Positions 22,700 to 35,662 of a stretch of 64,000 nt of DNA are shown here, in pieces. Positions within the stretch are counted from its first letter, which is position 1. Each line of letters begins with the position of its first letter. Location of the stretch: NCBI RefSeq assembly GCF_030144855.1, contig NC_082722.1, positions 20,708,001 to 20,772,000 on the forward strand, in the 5' to 3' direction. The stretch is from Hypanus sabinus (lineage: Eukaryota). Under the pieces are notes generated by a model that did no database searches, was not told the origin of the DNA, and worked only from the letters and a program-made list of their open reading frames with translations. The translations under genes were made by a program, and so were the position numbers.

Positions 22700-25600
22700 C
22701 TTTTTTTAATTTATTTTTATTGAAGTTTATCATCAAACAAACATTTCCATAAGATGTATTCCAGTCATTGTACATATGTATCATATATTCATATGTATGA
22801 CAAATCTCCACAAAGTATTTATCTGAGGTATACACTTATACAAAAGAGTGGAAAGAAAAAGCAAGCAAAAGGGAAAAACAGCATACAAGTAGGGCTTGAT
22901 ATTTTTTTACAACATATTCATTGATTCGTGTGAATAAAATAAGGTCCATGAGGCATTATGCAGTTAAGCCATTTTTCACAGTATGCATCAAATTGTTCCA
23001 GCTTATGATTAACAGATGCTGTTATCTTCCCCATTTTGTAAACGTTCATTGTAATTTCCATCCATGCAGTTATAGCTGGGCTCTCCTGTGATAGCCGTTT
23101 CCTAGTAAGAGTCTTTTTACCAGGAACCAATAGTACATTCATTAAATATTTATCTACTTTCAACCATTCTTGAGGTATATATCTAAAATATATGCTCTTA
23201 CTCTCTAAGGGTATTTCATATTTAAAGATGTCTTGTAGGGCATTGTGTATGCCCTATTCTCTCATGTCTTATCCTCTTGCTCTTCACATACTTGTAGAAT
23301 GCCTTGGGGTTTTCCTTAATCCTGCCCACTAAGGCTTTCTCATGGCCTCTTCTGGCTCTCCTAATTTCCTTCTTAACCCCCTCCAATAGTTTTTTGATAA
23401 CAGGGCAGTCTCAAAAAATATGATAATGATTTGCACTTTGATTTCCACAATTTCTCCAGCAAACAGTGAGGTTACTATCATAATGGGATTTCTGAGGAAG
23501 TGTAAAAATATCTTATCAAGTTTTTCGATCCAAACACCCTCCATTTCTGTGAACTGGTACCATTTAATTGATATCTCCATATTGTTGTCCATTCTTACTC
23601 AGATATAATTATCCCTCCTTCCTTCTCCCATTTTGTTTTAATGCATGATCGAATGTGTATTAAGTTTTGACATACATGCTTGAAATGATTCTACTACCGT
23701 TATCTGAATTATATGCTTTTCTAAATAGCTCTATCAAGCATGCACTTGACGTGGTTACATTTTTAAGCTTTTATTAACACATTGTGGCAACTGTAAATAC
23801 CGATAAAATCTTGTTTTTCTAATGTGTTTCTCTTTAAGCATTTCAAAACTGAACAGTGTTCCTTCTATCCTTATGTTGCAAAAATCTGTTATTCCTTTAG
23901 CTGTCCAGTCCGTAAATCTAGCATCCAATTTATTTGGTGTAAAATCCGAGTCATATGCACACCGTTTAAGAATTGCAATATCTCCCTCTAGATTATATTC
24001 TTTTATAGTAGTTTTCCATATTTTAAGAGTCAATTTCACCCATGGGTTATCAATAGTATTTATGTATCTTTGCAGGTTGTTATCAGCCAAAATTGCTTGT
24101 ATAGGTATAGGAAGCACCCGCTCCTCAATGTCTTTCCATTGGGTGTAGTATGTTGGGTTGCACCAACATAGCACAGCTCTCAACTGTGCTGCAAAATAAT
24201 AATCTCTTAGAGAAGGTAGGCCCCATCTCCCTTTTTACTTTGCTAATTGCAAACTTTTCAGACGAACTCTCGGCCTTTAATCCTGCCAAATATACATTGA
24301 TAACATCTTGTTCCATACATCGAATTGATTTTGATTAACCTCTGTTGGTAGGGTCTGAAAAAGATATATCATCTGGGCAGTATATTCATTTTAATAGACT
24401 CAGTCCTTGAACTGAAACGGAAATAAGGCATCAGGTTCCATCTTGCCATATCTTCCTTAATTGTTTTTTTTTATATAAAGACAGATAATTACATTCTGAC
24501 AATTTTGCCGAATCTTTTGGCATAATGATGCCCAAATATTTGAAAGACTGTGTGCCATGCCCAGGGATATCTACTTTCAATTTCTCTTGGGGGGTATAGT
24601 AATATGAAAGTAATTGGGTTTTATCTATGCAGATCTTGTATCCTGATAATTGACCATACTGTTCAAAGGATTGTATCAATTTAGATAAAGAGTATGTTGG
24701 TTGCCCTAGATAGATCAAAATGTCATCCGCATAACAAGCCAATTTATGTCCTGTCTCTTTAAAAGTAATTCCCCTGTTATCTTCATTTTGTCTGGTGTAT
24801 TGAGCTAATGGTTCCAGATATAACGCGAAGAGTAGCGGTGACCATGCACAACCCTGTCTGGTGCCCCTTTCTAGGGTAAGACTATTTGATAAATATCCAA
24901 TGATTTTAATGCTCGCTGTAAGAATGTCATACAGTGTTTGTATAGTTTTAATAATTGTGTGTTGGAAAATAAATCTATGTAAAGCTCTTTACAGAAAATT
25001 CCAATTAACCGAATCAAATACTTTTTCAGCATCCACGCTTATCACTATTGCTTCGATTTTATTTGTTTTGTATATGATCCATAATGTGAAGTGTTCTTCG
25101 TATATTGTCTTGTGTCTGGCGTTGTCGTATAAAACCTGTCTGATAGTTACGTATCAGTATGGGTAGAAACTCCTCTAATTGTTTGGCCATGATGGAGGTA
25201 GATAATCTACAATCTACATTAGGAACGATATTAGACTAAATGACCGCATTACATTTCATCCTTGCCTTCTTTCGGTATAGCTGAGATTATCGCTTCCTTC
25301 CGACTGGGTGGCATTTGTGCCGTTTTTAGAGCCCAGTTCATTGTGTGGAGTAAAACAGGAATTAACTCATTTTTAAATTCTTTGCACCAATCTGCCGTAT
25401 ACCCATCTGATCCTGGCGAATTGCTTAATTTCAGCCTACTAATGGCAGCTTTTAATTCAACTGAGAATCTTTATGTTCTTGTTAGGTCGAAAGGGAAGCT
25501 TAAAAGTTTTAGAGCACCATGGTTTTCAAGGGATATTGGAAACCTGGGTCAGAAAAAGAGGGAGATCTACAATAAATATAGGCAGCATGGAGTAAATGAG

Positions 25601-27600
25601 GTGTTCGATGAATATAAAGAATGTAAAAAGTATCCTAAGAAAGAAATTAGTAAAGCTCAAATAAGATACGAAGTTGCTTTGGCAAGTAAGATGAAAAGAA
25701 CCCGAAAAGTTTCTACAGTTATATTAATAGCAAAAGGATAGTGAGGGATAAAATTGTGCCCTTACAGAATAGGGAAGTTATGTAAACGATGACAATTAAA
25801 GAGGAGGAAGTTCTTGCACTTTTAAGGGATATAAAAGTGAATTATTCTCATAGTCCTGGCAGGATATTCCCTAGGACATTGAGGGAAGTTGACGGTTGAG
25901 TGGGTCTTGATAGAAGTATTTAAAATAATGAGGGGGATAGATCGTGTTGACATGGATAGGCTTTTTCTATTGAAAGAAGGGCAGATTCAAACAAGAGGAC
26001 CTGATTTGACAGTTAGGGGGCAAAAGTTTAAGGGTAACATGAGGGGGAATTTCTTTATCCAGAGTGGTAGCTGTGTGGCAAGAGTTTCCAGCAGAAGTGG
26101 TCGTGGCAGGTTCGGTATTGTAATTTAAAGTAAAATTGGATAGGTATATGGACAGGAAAGGAATGGCGGGTTATGGGCTGAGTGCAAGCCAGTGGGCCTA
26201 GGTGAGAGTAAGCGTCGGAACGGACCAGAAAGGCCGAGATGGCCTATTTCCGTGCTGTAATTGTTATATGGTTATATGTTTAGCTTCAGTTACGTCAGCA
26301 GTCATCTTTCTATTTTGTTTTTCGCTTAAAGTGATAACACTAGAGAATTCAAGAAGTTGTCAATTTAGGTTATGCTTCCCCCTGGAACTTTGGAACGTAG
26401 TTTTGTAAAACAGTTCAAAAGCTTCTTGAATTTCACTTAGCATTTTTTAAAAAAAATTCGTTCTTGTGTCCCTAATTCTATGAATTGTATTTTCTGCGAC
26501 TTTTTTTTTCAAATTCCATGCCAGTATTTTCATAGATTTTGATCCACTTTCATAATGTCTCTGTTTCAGAAACGTTATTTTTTTCCTGGTTTCTTGAATA
26601 ACCAAACTATTACTTTCTAATTCTTTTAATTCCCCCTAATGTTTCCTAGGCCAAATTCAATTTGTGGCTTTTTTCTGTAGTTCCTTCAGCCTATTTTGTA
26701 ATTCCTCTGCTGCTTTATTCCTTTTTTTGTTGTACGATGATACCACCATAAATTTCCCTCTTAAGACAGCCTTCAGAGTATCCCATAAAATGGGAGGTAA
26801 AACTTCTCTATTATTATTAAATTCTAAGTACACACTATTTTTTTTAAATATGTTCCTTTAAGTACGGATCATTGAGTAGATTTAGTTTCCAAATAGTATT
26901 CTTTGGTTGTAGGTCAAAATCAACAGACAAATATATAGGTGCATGGTCACTTATATCTATTGTCCCAATTCCACAGGTGTTTATTTTGTCTTTGTACTTT
27001 CCAAATATTATGAAATAGTCAATTCTTGGATATAGCGAATGGGGACCAGAATAATGAGTGTAATCCCTACTGTCGGGGAAAAGGTCCCTCCATATATCAA
27101 TTAAAACTCCATGCTCAAAAGTGTATTAACTTTCCTATGTAAAGACTTTGATTTATAGATTTTTCTATTGGGAGAGTCTAAGTTTGGTTATAATTGTAAA
27201 TTTGAGGCTCCCTCATATATCTGGAGACCTTCTGTTTCTGTTACCATAATATCAGTAATTTTCTGAAATATACCAGTATCACTTCACGGGGGTACGTATA
27301 TATTCAATAGAGTAACTGAATTTCCGTCTATCTTCCCCCTTACCAGAATATATCTGCCGTTTTTATCTCCCATTTCGGATATTTGTTTTCAAAATGTAGC
27401 TTATATGAGATAGGAATAGCAACTCTTCTCCTATGTCCTGATTTATATGAGGAGGAAAACAAATTAGTGAAGCATATGCTCTTTAGTATTTCGTGCTCAT
27501 TATCACTTAAATGAGTGTCCTGTAAATATACTACACGGGCTTGTTCTTTTTTTTTAATTTTGTATAAAATTCTATTACGTTTGATTGGTTTCTAATTGCC
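22700..27600 (-). mobile_element. L1/Tx1-type LINE ORF2 (EN-RT) with A-rich 3' end
   Basis: EN start ISFNVNG at about 27590, SPGSDGYT at about 25410, RT CYADDILIYL (24431-24742 ORF), T-rich tract at about 22675-22720. Confidence 0.9.
25455..26258 (+). mobile_element. CR1 fragment nested in the L1
   Basis: VFKIMRGIDRVDMDRLF, (GTTATATG)2 tail; L1 coding sequence resumes on either side. Confidence 0.85.
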
Positions 27601-27911
27601 CATTGACATTGAAAGAAATTATTATTACTTTGTCCTAAACCATCTGTTCTTATCTGTCAATGTATCATTCAAATCAGTAAAATGAAACTTAATCGATCTA
27701 AACCCTGAGCAAATAAGAACCAAGAAACGCAAATAATAACAAAAAAGGCAATGGAGGTGTGATTCCAAGGCTGAGATCTCTAGTAGATGACCCTGGAATG
27801 AGCTAGAGGAAATGTCTAGCTGTTTGGGATAACCCCTCCTACTTGGGAGTTGATGGCCTCCATTGCAGAATTCATAAAAGTCAGTGAACAAATCCATTAC
27901 ACAGAAAAGAT

Positions 27912-28121
27912 NNNNNNNNNNNNNNNNNNNNNNNNNNNNNNNNNNNNNNNNNNNNNNNNNNNNNNNNNNNNNNNNNNNNNNNNNNNNNNNNNNNNNNNNN
28001 NNNNNNNNNNNNNNNNNNNNNNNNNNNNNNNNNNNNNNNNNNNNNNNNNNNNNNNNNNNNNNNNNNNNNNNNNNNNNNNNNNNNNNNNNNNNNNNNNNNN
28101 NNNNNNNNNNNNNNNNNNNNN
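27912..28121. other. Assembly gap (210 N)
   Basis: N run. Confidence 1.
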
Positions 28122-28263
28122 ATGGAGTAAGTGAGCGAATAAAGAAGAATAACTGAGTAATCTAAATTGCACATCATAATAAGTATTTCTCGGGATATGT
28201 ATATCACCGTCTACTTTTGCTTCGGATCAGTTTCTATCCATTCTCTCCAAAATAGTTTTTCAA

Positions 28264-28472
28264 TTATTTGTCCGAAATTTTCTGTTCTACTTGCTTCTCT
28301 TCTTTACACTTGTGAACTCTGTTAAGTTCGGAAATATTCTGATGATCCATGGTGATATTTCCTGTTGTCAATTCAAATTCTCCCTCATATCTCCAAAGAA
28401 GCAATGCTTCTGAATAAAAAATACGGCCATTTGATACAGCATGTATTATATTCAAGCCACCGTATGAAAGAG
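28264..28472 (-). CDS. Candidate cytoplasmic exon with ITIM
   Basis: Acceptor tgattttcag|, phase-1 frame xLSYGGLNIIHAVSNGRIFYSEALLL...ISDK*; LSYGGL fits (I/V/L/S)xYxx(L/V). Confidence 0.4.
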
Positions 28473-29302
28473 CTGAAAATCATTTTTCCTCAGCAGTGAT
28501 CGGAAAATTATTTGCGAAAAGATGAAGAATTTGGAACGTTAGTTCCATGGGAATGGTCAAAAATTGAAGGGAGATTGAATTTATGTAACCATTCTTGTGA
28601 CTTTTTGTATTGGAACAGCGATTGATTTTATTTGTGAACCAAAGTATTTTGATTATTAATCCTGCTTTAAATGTTTGCATACAGACAGATATGCTAATAG
28701 AATATGAAGAATTTGCTGACCTTTGATATTTTTGTTAATCTGCAGTTGCGAAATAATAAGCACAACATTTGAATTCCTGCAAACATCAAGATAATTTGAC
28801 AACTACAACTAATGGTGGTTGGTTGGACATAAAACATTAAAGAAATGGCAGTACAGTACTTTCCACGAACTACTCATCTGGCAATAAAATGGAGACCACA
28901 GACTTCCGACGCTGGAACATGGAGCAACACAATAAGCGTTGGAGGAACTCAACGGAGGGGAATAGACAGTCGACAGGTGGGGCCGAGGCTCTTTATCTGC
29001 ATTTCATTGTAAAGCCAGGAGAGTAGATATTGAGGAACATCGAAATTAATCCTTCAAATCTTCATCCCTGGCCTTCTACTTTTCGCGTTGTGAACTGTTG
29101 AAAGTTTGAAAATTTTAAATAAAGTTATTTATTATTATTTCAATCATTCATATTTGCATACATGAAACTTTATAAATTATTTAAACACTTTAAGAAGAAA
29201 CGTTTTTTTTTCAATCCAGTTAAGACCAGAATTTGTTAGTCAAGTTAGTTCTCCGTTTTATATGTGTGGATCATCTTGCACCCCCAAACCCCTAGATAGC
29301 AC

Positions 29303-29535
29303 CTACAATGGTAAACTCTTGTAATATATATGGCCTCGTCCTATAGACCTTCCCAGATGTTTCCATGATCTCGAATACCGAGAGTTTCTACAGATAATAT
29401 TGTTCTGATATCTTCCCAAGATTTCTAACGGGTTCTGCCAGGTTACGAATCCCCACACAATCAACACAAACAGAAGAACACGGAAGAAAAGTAAATGTAG
29501 AAGGTTTTGGAAATACTTGATTAGCTTGCCACCTT
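29303..29535 (-). CDS. Candidate TM exon with intramembrane Arg (activating-receptor type)
   Basis: Strong acceptor catttctcttcacag|, phase-1 open frame EGGKLIKYFQNLLHLLFFRVLLFVLIVWGFVTWQN... running to TAG at 29303-29305. Confidence 0.55.
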
Positions 29536-31109
29536 CTGTGAAGAGAAATGTAGGCTAGAGAGCTTTCACAACGCAATAATCCCGAAAAAAAAACTTATTC
29601 TGAAATTTTCTACAATTGCTTCCTGAGCTGGTGTGGGGTCCTCTTTTGCAACATACAAGGCATTTGCTTACATCCACACGCAACTCACGCGCACCAAATA
29701 CTACCCAGCTTGTTTACTACCTTGTTTATTTGCATTTGTCATTTATAAATATAATGAAACTTCATGATCTTATAACAAACACCAAATGCCAACCAATTAG
29801 CCCATTAGTACAATATGTGTATTTTTTGCTGCATCGCATCTCTCGAGCCTTCACGCTCGAACCATTTCAACATTTAATTCAAAAAAAATCTTCAATTCTC
29901 ATTTTGTTAATCGACTCTGCTGTGGAACATTTCTGATATGCATTGACAATGCGGTATTAAATAAATGTACCGTGATAAAATGCCAGTGTCCACAATATCA
30001 ATTTAGCCTTTTTTTTAACTGAGATTGCTAAAATTTCTTACGTATTTAAATTGAAATATTTGAAAACTTTTATCCACGTTACAGATCTGTATTATTGTTA
30101 CTATACACATGACAACACGGTAAAACACACTTAATTCGCCATTCAGCATTCTGAGAATTTAAACGTACAGAAAATGCAATGCATATATAAACAATATTTG
30201 TCTAGAATTTTTTAAGGATTTGTGCTTATATTCATACAAGGCAATTTATCCTCAGTATCTTATCTTAACTTTAAGTGATATCGCCTACATTCTAAGGGGC
30301 GACTGCTGTAGCTGAAAATAATCGACAATCTTTCCAACTGGACATTTCCACGATGCATTTGTTCGGTGGATTAAAGGAGAATTTCTCTCCTGGCATTGAA
30401 TATTTCAGTTCTGAAGAACGGTCTCGGTCTGAAATCTCGATTGGTTATTCAATTCCTTAGATGCTGCTTAAAGTGCTGAGTTGCTTCAGCATTTGGTATA
30501 CTGTAGCTCTGGATTTTCCACGTCAGCAGAAAATCTTGTGTTTATAAATTTTATCCTGCCTAGTATTACAAATTATAATTATTCGATGTTCTTAGAAAAA
30601 TATTCGAATATTTAAAATAGGAGTTTAACTGATATAAAAGTGATTGATATACGTTTGTTGCTTCTGAATATCGTGAGCACAGAAACACATACTTTTCAGA
30701 AATAGGTTTACACGTAATTTACTTAAATTAACATTTTTACTTCTCACTTAAGCGTTAAACGCGATAACGTGGTCATCTGCAACTTGCTCGCCTGAGGCGG
30801 TGAAGCTTCTGACCGCATAGAGTTTCCATGATGTCACCAGCTTAATGTGAGTGCAGTTACAATGCTGTGTGTTTAGAAAAACTGGATGCATCTTGCCATT
30901 GCAAAGGTAGGAAAAGTTCGGACTTGAGAATTAAAATCGCTTTTCACGTGCAAAGTATGTGCTTCTTTCGACAAATGTTTTAATTTCCATCAAGTCGAAA
31001 CAAAGGTAAACACAACTACACACAAACACACACACATTATTACAAAATAGGTTCTATACATGCGGCATGAACATTTACTTAGCTTATAGTTTTAAAATCG
31101 TTACCATAC

Positions 31110-31166
31110 CTTGATGGAGCACAGCAAAAAAAAAATAATTTTAAACACGTTCCGATTCTGAGCCAT
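31110..31166 (-). pseudogene. Candidate leader exon, frameshifted in a T10 run
   Basis: ATG GCT CAG AAT CGG AAC GTG TTT AAA ATT A T10 GCTGTGCTCCATCAAG|GTATGG; one extra T would give MAQNRNVFKIIFFFAVLHQ with a phase-1 donor. Confidence 0.35.
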
Positions 31167-31979
31167 TCAGATAATATGACTCCTGCTTGAGCCATTAAAC
31201 ACACAAAAAAGTTAGGTTACCAAAAGGAATACAAAAGAGAAGAGAAATACTAAATTCCAGAGTTAAGGTTCAGCATTGGTCGCCGCAGAAAAGAGAGGAT
31301 TATTGGGGGTTGGGAAACAGGGTACACCGCAAATCAGCAAATCAGCAGGTTTTAATCAGATAAATATCATTTTAGCTATGGAGAAACTTCAGAAAGGAGA
31401 TAGAGTCGGGAGGAACAAAAGCACAGAGACATTTGAAAGGATGAATGACAATCATAAATTCCGTGTTTTGTTTCACTAAGTGACAGAGTGGATCGGTGAG
31501 CGCGTGGATCTCAGACAAACGGGTCGCGAAAACAAATCATAACCAGTCACGCGGTGATGTAGACCATGCCAAGAATTAGTCATCCACATTGGCACGCCTA
31601 CATAGTCCCCCAGTAATGTCCTCTCGCTCAGGAGTGCACAAAGAAGCACAAAGGCAGACATTTCTTCTGCATCTACTCGGACTGCAATACTCTGTTTGAA
31701 ACTGTTCAATCCGATAGCTTTCCCAGCACAATAGCCAGGAAAGTTGACCAATCATCGCACATTCTCAGTGACAGTGACCCGCAACTATTCTCAATTATAA
31801 TGACACTTTACTTGCTAGGACACAGAATTTCCCTACAACTACATTTCTGTAGCAGTACCCTCTTCATACTAATGCACCCATTGTTGACTGCACAGGTTTT
31901 CACTCATCTTGCATTAACTTATGTTCCTACAAAACTATCTGGTGTGTTATGGGGCACGTCCGCCAGACCTATCATCCAG

Positions 31980-33070
31980 GGCTCAGGACCTACCTTTATT
32001 CGGGTGCCCCTGTGCTTCAAGTTTACAATTGCCAAGCTAATGCAAGGAGTTATTACCTTGGAAGGAATACATTCTGATTGGAGGGTTGTGGCTAGTGGTG
32101 CCCCACAAGGATCGGTTCTGGGACCTCTACTTTTCTTGATTTTTACTAACGACCAGGAATTGGGGGTGGAAGGCTGGGATGGCAACTCTGCAGACGACAC
32201 AAAGGTTGGTGGTGTTATGGATAGTGTAGAGGATTGTCTACGATTGCAGAGAGACATTGATATAATGCACAACTGAAGTGAGAAGTGGCAGATGGAGTTC
32301 AACCCAGAATTGTGTGAGGTGGTACACTTTGGAAGGACACACTACAAGGCAGAGTAGAAAGTAAATGGCAGGATACTTGGAAGTGTGGAGGAGCAGAGGG
32401 ATCTGGGGGCACACGTTGCCTCACAGTTAGATTGGGTAGTTAAGAAAGCTTATGGAGTGTTAGCTATCATAAATCGAGGGATAGAGTTTAAGAGTCGCGG
32501 GGTAAAGATGCAGCTCTATGCAACTCTGTTTATGCCATACTTGGAGTACTCTGTCCAGTTCTGGTCGCCTCACTATAGGAAGGATGTGGAAGCATTGGAA
32601 AGGGTCCAGAGGAGATTTAAATGGATGGTGCCTGATTTAGAGAGTATGCATTATGATCAGAGATTAAGGGAGTTAAGGTTTTACTCTCTGGAGAGAAGGA
32701 GGATGAGAGGAGATATTATAGAGTTATACAAGACATTAAAAAGTATAGGTAGAGTGGTCAGCCAGCTCCTCTTCCCCAGGGCACAACTGCTCAATACAAG
32801 AGGACATGGCTTTTTATGTAAAGGGTGAAAAGTTCAAGGGGGATATTAGAGGAAGGTTTTTACCCAGAGAGTGGTTGCTGCGTGGAGTGCACTGCCTGAG
32901 TCAATGGTGGCGGCAGATACACTGGTGAAATTTAAGCGACCACTAGACAGGTATAGTAGGAAATTAAGATGGAGGGTTATATGGGAGGCAGGATTTAATG
33001 GTCGGCACAGCTTTGTGGGCCGAAAAGATATGTACTCTGCTGTATTGTTCTACGTTCTATGTTCAATGTT
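31980..33070 (+). mobile_element. 5'-truncated CR1
   Basis: SGAPQGSVLGPLLFLIF, ADDTKVGG, WSPHYRKDVEALERVQRRF; ttctatg-type tail. Confidence 0.92.
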
Positions 33071-33544
33071 ATTATTTCGTGCTTGTAAAACCTGAACTGC
33101 GAGCAGAGCCAAGCAAGTTAATTTCTCAACTACTTGCAAAATTCAGACTGGTGTTTAGCATTGTGGCTTTCAATAAATACTACTGTGTAGACCTAATTGT
33201 TTAATGCTTTTGTGTAACGACTTTATGATGATATCAGTTGTAGATATCAGGGCTCTGACAGGTATACCCTGTTCATGTTCCATAGTCTGTCAATTTTCTC
33301 TGTTAATTTCATTTGATTTTCAATCAGTAATTTCTGTATATTGTGTGTGCATGGTCTGGCTATCTATTAAATAAATAGTTTTTGCTTGCTTATCGTGTAA
33401 TATTTATATGCGAACGGTTATTATTAATTGTCCCATTTGTGATAATGGATTAGGTGTAATCTAGCTTGTAAGACTCTGACTCCCAAACTGAACCAGACAC
33501 GCATTTATCTTGCGGTATGGTTCCATTTCTGAGTTGGAAACTTA

Positions 33545-33700
33545 AAACAAGATTTTGGTAAACAAACAGGAGTAAATCTGCAGATGCTGAAAATTCAAGC
33601 AACACACACAAATGCTGGTGGAACACAGCACGCCAGGCAGTATCCATAGGGGAAGCACGGACGACGTTTCGGGCCGGGACCCTTCGTTAGGACAGCAAGT
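33545..33700 (-). mobile_element. Penelope-type terminal repeat with hammerhead-like core
   Basis: Reverse complement: tgtcCTAACGAagggtcccggcccGAAACGTC...gcctggcgtgctgtgttccaccagcatttgtgtg; related pieces at about 12500, 28900, 30411, 41030, 46410 and 51050. Confidence 0.65.
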
Positions 33701-34274
33701 TTGTGTAAGTAGTCGGATTGACTTCAACTGCTGCAAGTTCCTGTTAAGTGTTTGATTGCTTCTGGTTTTTCTTGGCATTTTCTGCATGAATCGTCTTACA
33801 TATGTTCGTTTTCTTCTTCTGTATTTTTGATACTTTTTTCTGTTGACCATCTGGTCCACTATGCCACGTAGATCGACACTGTTCTGAGAAGAGGTCTCCA
33901 TCTTTGAGCCAGGCGTTCAAGGCTTCCTTGATGACATCTAATCTGTCTAGATCCTGAGGGTGTCTTCAAGGAAGGTCATATTCTTCCACTGGCTATTTTT
34001 CTTCGTCTCGAATTATATTTTCTTCATTTTTCTGCTCTATGCTTTAATATAAGTTTAGTAGTGTGATGTTCTCATCAGAATTGCACGTGTTCGCCTGAAA
34101 TGATGAATATTGCTTTCATTGATGAAAGTATATCCTTAGAAGTTTTATCTGACCGTTGTACAAAATTTATTTATGCATGTTATTCCGCTTTCACATTCTG
34201 TCCGACATAGTGTTAACCTTAAGCGAGTTCGAATGTACATTGTGTTTTCAAAAAGTTATAAATTTAATTCTTAC

Positions 34275-34934
34275 TTTTCCTTGTAAATTTTCCAGTTGGG
34301 CCTCGACCCAAGATATTATGCCAGAGGAATATGTTAATGGGTATTATTATTAATATTATTAGTATTATATAAGTGCCATAGTTGCCAACATACGCGAGAG
34401 GCCAGATATCTGGCGCCGAGTGATCAGAGATGGTGCCTTTCAACAATTAACGTTACCATTGCTCAGCTCCTCAACCTTTCGAATGCCTGTTCAATTTTAT
34501 TCCCCGTTAGCATCCGATCTTTGTGGAAAACTCATTGCAATCGTTGTTTGAACTTCGCAGGAAAACTTACATGAGCTGACTGTTGTTGGTACTGGTTTTT
34601 CTAACCTGGTATCAGGTAATTTTGCACACCCATCTATTTTAAGTTAAGCACTCCCTTTCAAATAGTCTATTTGCATGATGATAGTTTGTCTGGATATTTT
34701 CACGTTCCAATTGCACTTTTTATCCTAACTCCCGTTCTTGAAGTGTTCCTCCTGATTTGATCTGAGGAACAACACATTTGGTAGCCGCAATATTAAGCTA
34801 AAATTCACAGCGGTAAGAATAGTACTCAACAAAACGTGAATTAAAATCCTACAAAGAATATTTAAAATTAAAGGTAACTGTGCAATGGCTATTAACAATG
34901 ACAGGGTAGTCCACATTAACAATGACCGATACTT
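34275..34934 (-). pseudogene. Decayed single-V + TM receptor gene (V-like exon 34571-34934, TM exon 34275-34436)
   Basis: TM exon is open and phase 1-1 (GTISDHSAPDIWPLAYVGNYGTYIILIILIIIPINIFLWHNILGRGPTGKFTRK, donor A|GTAAGA). Upstream 364-bp AG/GT-bounded segment has V-like remnants (VTFN[F]KYS, YY[S]YR, DYLKGSA*LKIDG..LPDT) with stops and a frameshift. Confidence 0.5.
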
Positions 34935-35399
34935 CTGCATCAACAATTAGACAGAGTCGTAAAATACATGAAGTTTAATTTAAGGTCGAAAATCCTGAAA
35001 ATATATTTCCATACGACAGCAAAAATTTATAGAAGACTCAGCCAGTTAGATAACATGAAAATAAAAACAATGTGCTGTGGAATAACATCAGACAGGTTGT
35101 TCCGAGATTGTTAATTTACCTGTTCATACTTTCCTTTGTATTGCTTGTTACGAAGTGTGGATTACACAGCAATTTTTTTTCAATGTTTTATTTTTACCCC
35201 TTCCGCAATATGTAGGATTGATCTGTAAGTATTAGCCAATTCGTGGGTGTAAAGTATGTAACTTATTTTCTCAGCCTATTTTCTCAGTAAATATCTTTTG
35301 ACCATTATAAAGGTAGTAGAAGGATATACTTAGCAGACAGAATTGATTAATTTTGTTCTGTATCTAATTTATTTGCTGAAACATTCAGCACAGAACTGA

Positions 35400-35662
35400 G
35401 CCTTCCTCTCCAATGAACAGCCCAACCAGCAACCTACATACTTAAATCCAGTCTTATCACAGGGGAATTTACAATGACGGATTAACCTACTAATTGGTTC
35501 GATTTCAGTCTGTCGGATGAAACCGCAGCACCCGGACGAAGTTCTCGCCGTTCATGGTGAGAAAGTCCAAATCACTTAAAAAAATGGCGCCAGAATTGAA
35601 CTCTAAACTCTGGAACGCCCTGGCGTGGCAGTGTGGCGTTAACCGTTATGCTACCGTGGCGA
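35400..35662 (-). mobile_element. tRNA-derived SINE (second family)
   Basis: Reverse-strand head gccacggtagcataacggttaacg...gagttcaattc and core ccgggtgctgcggtttc. Confidence 0.65.

Noticed and set aside
31476-31751. Minus-strand ORF with leader-like MSAFVLLCALLS
   Set aside because: Only phase-0 weak donors and no compatible downstream exon
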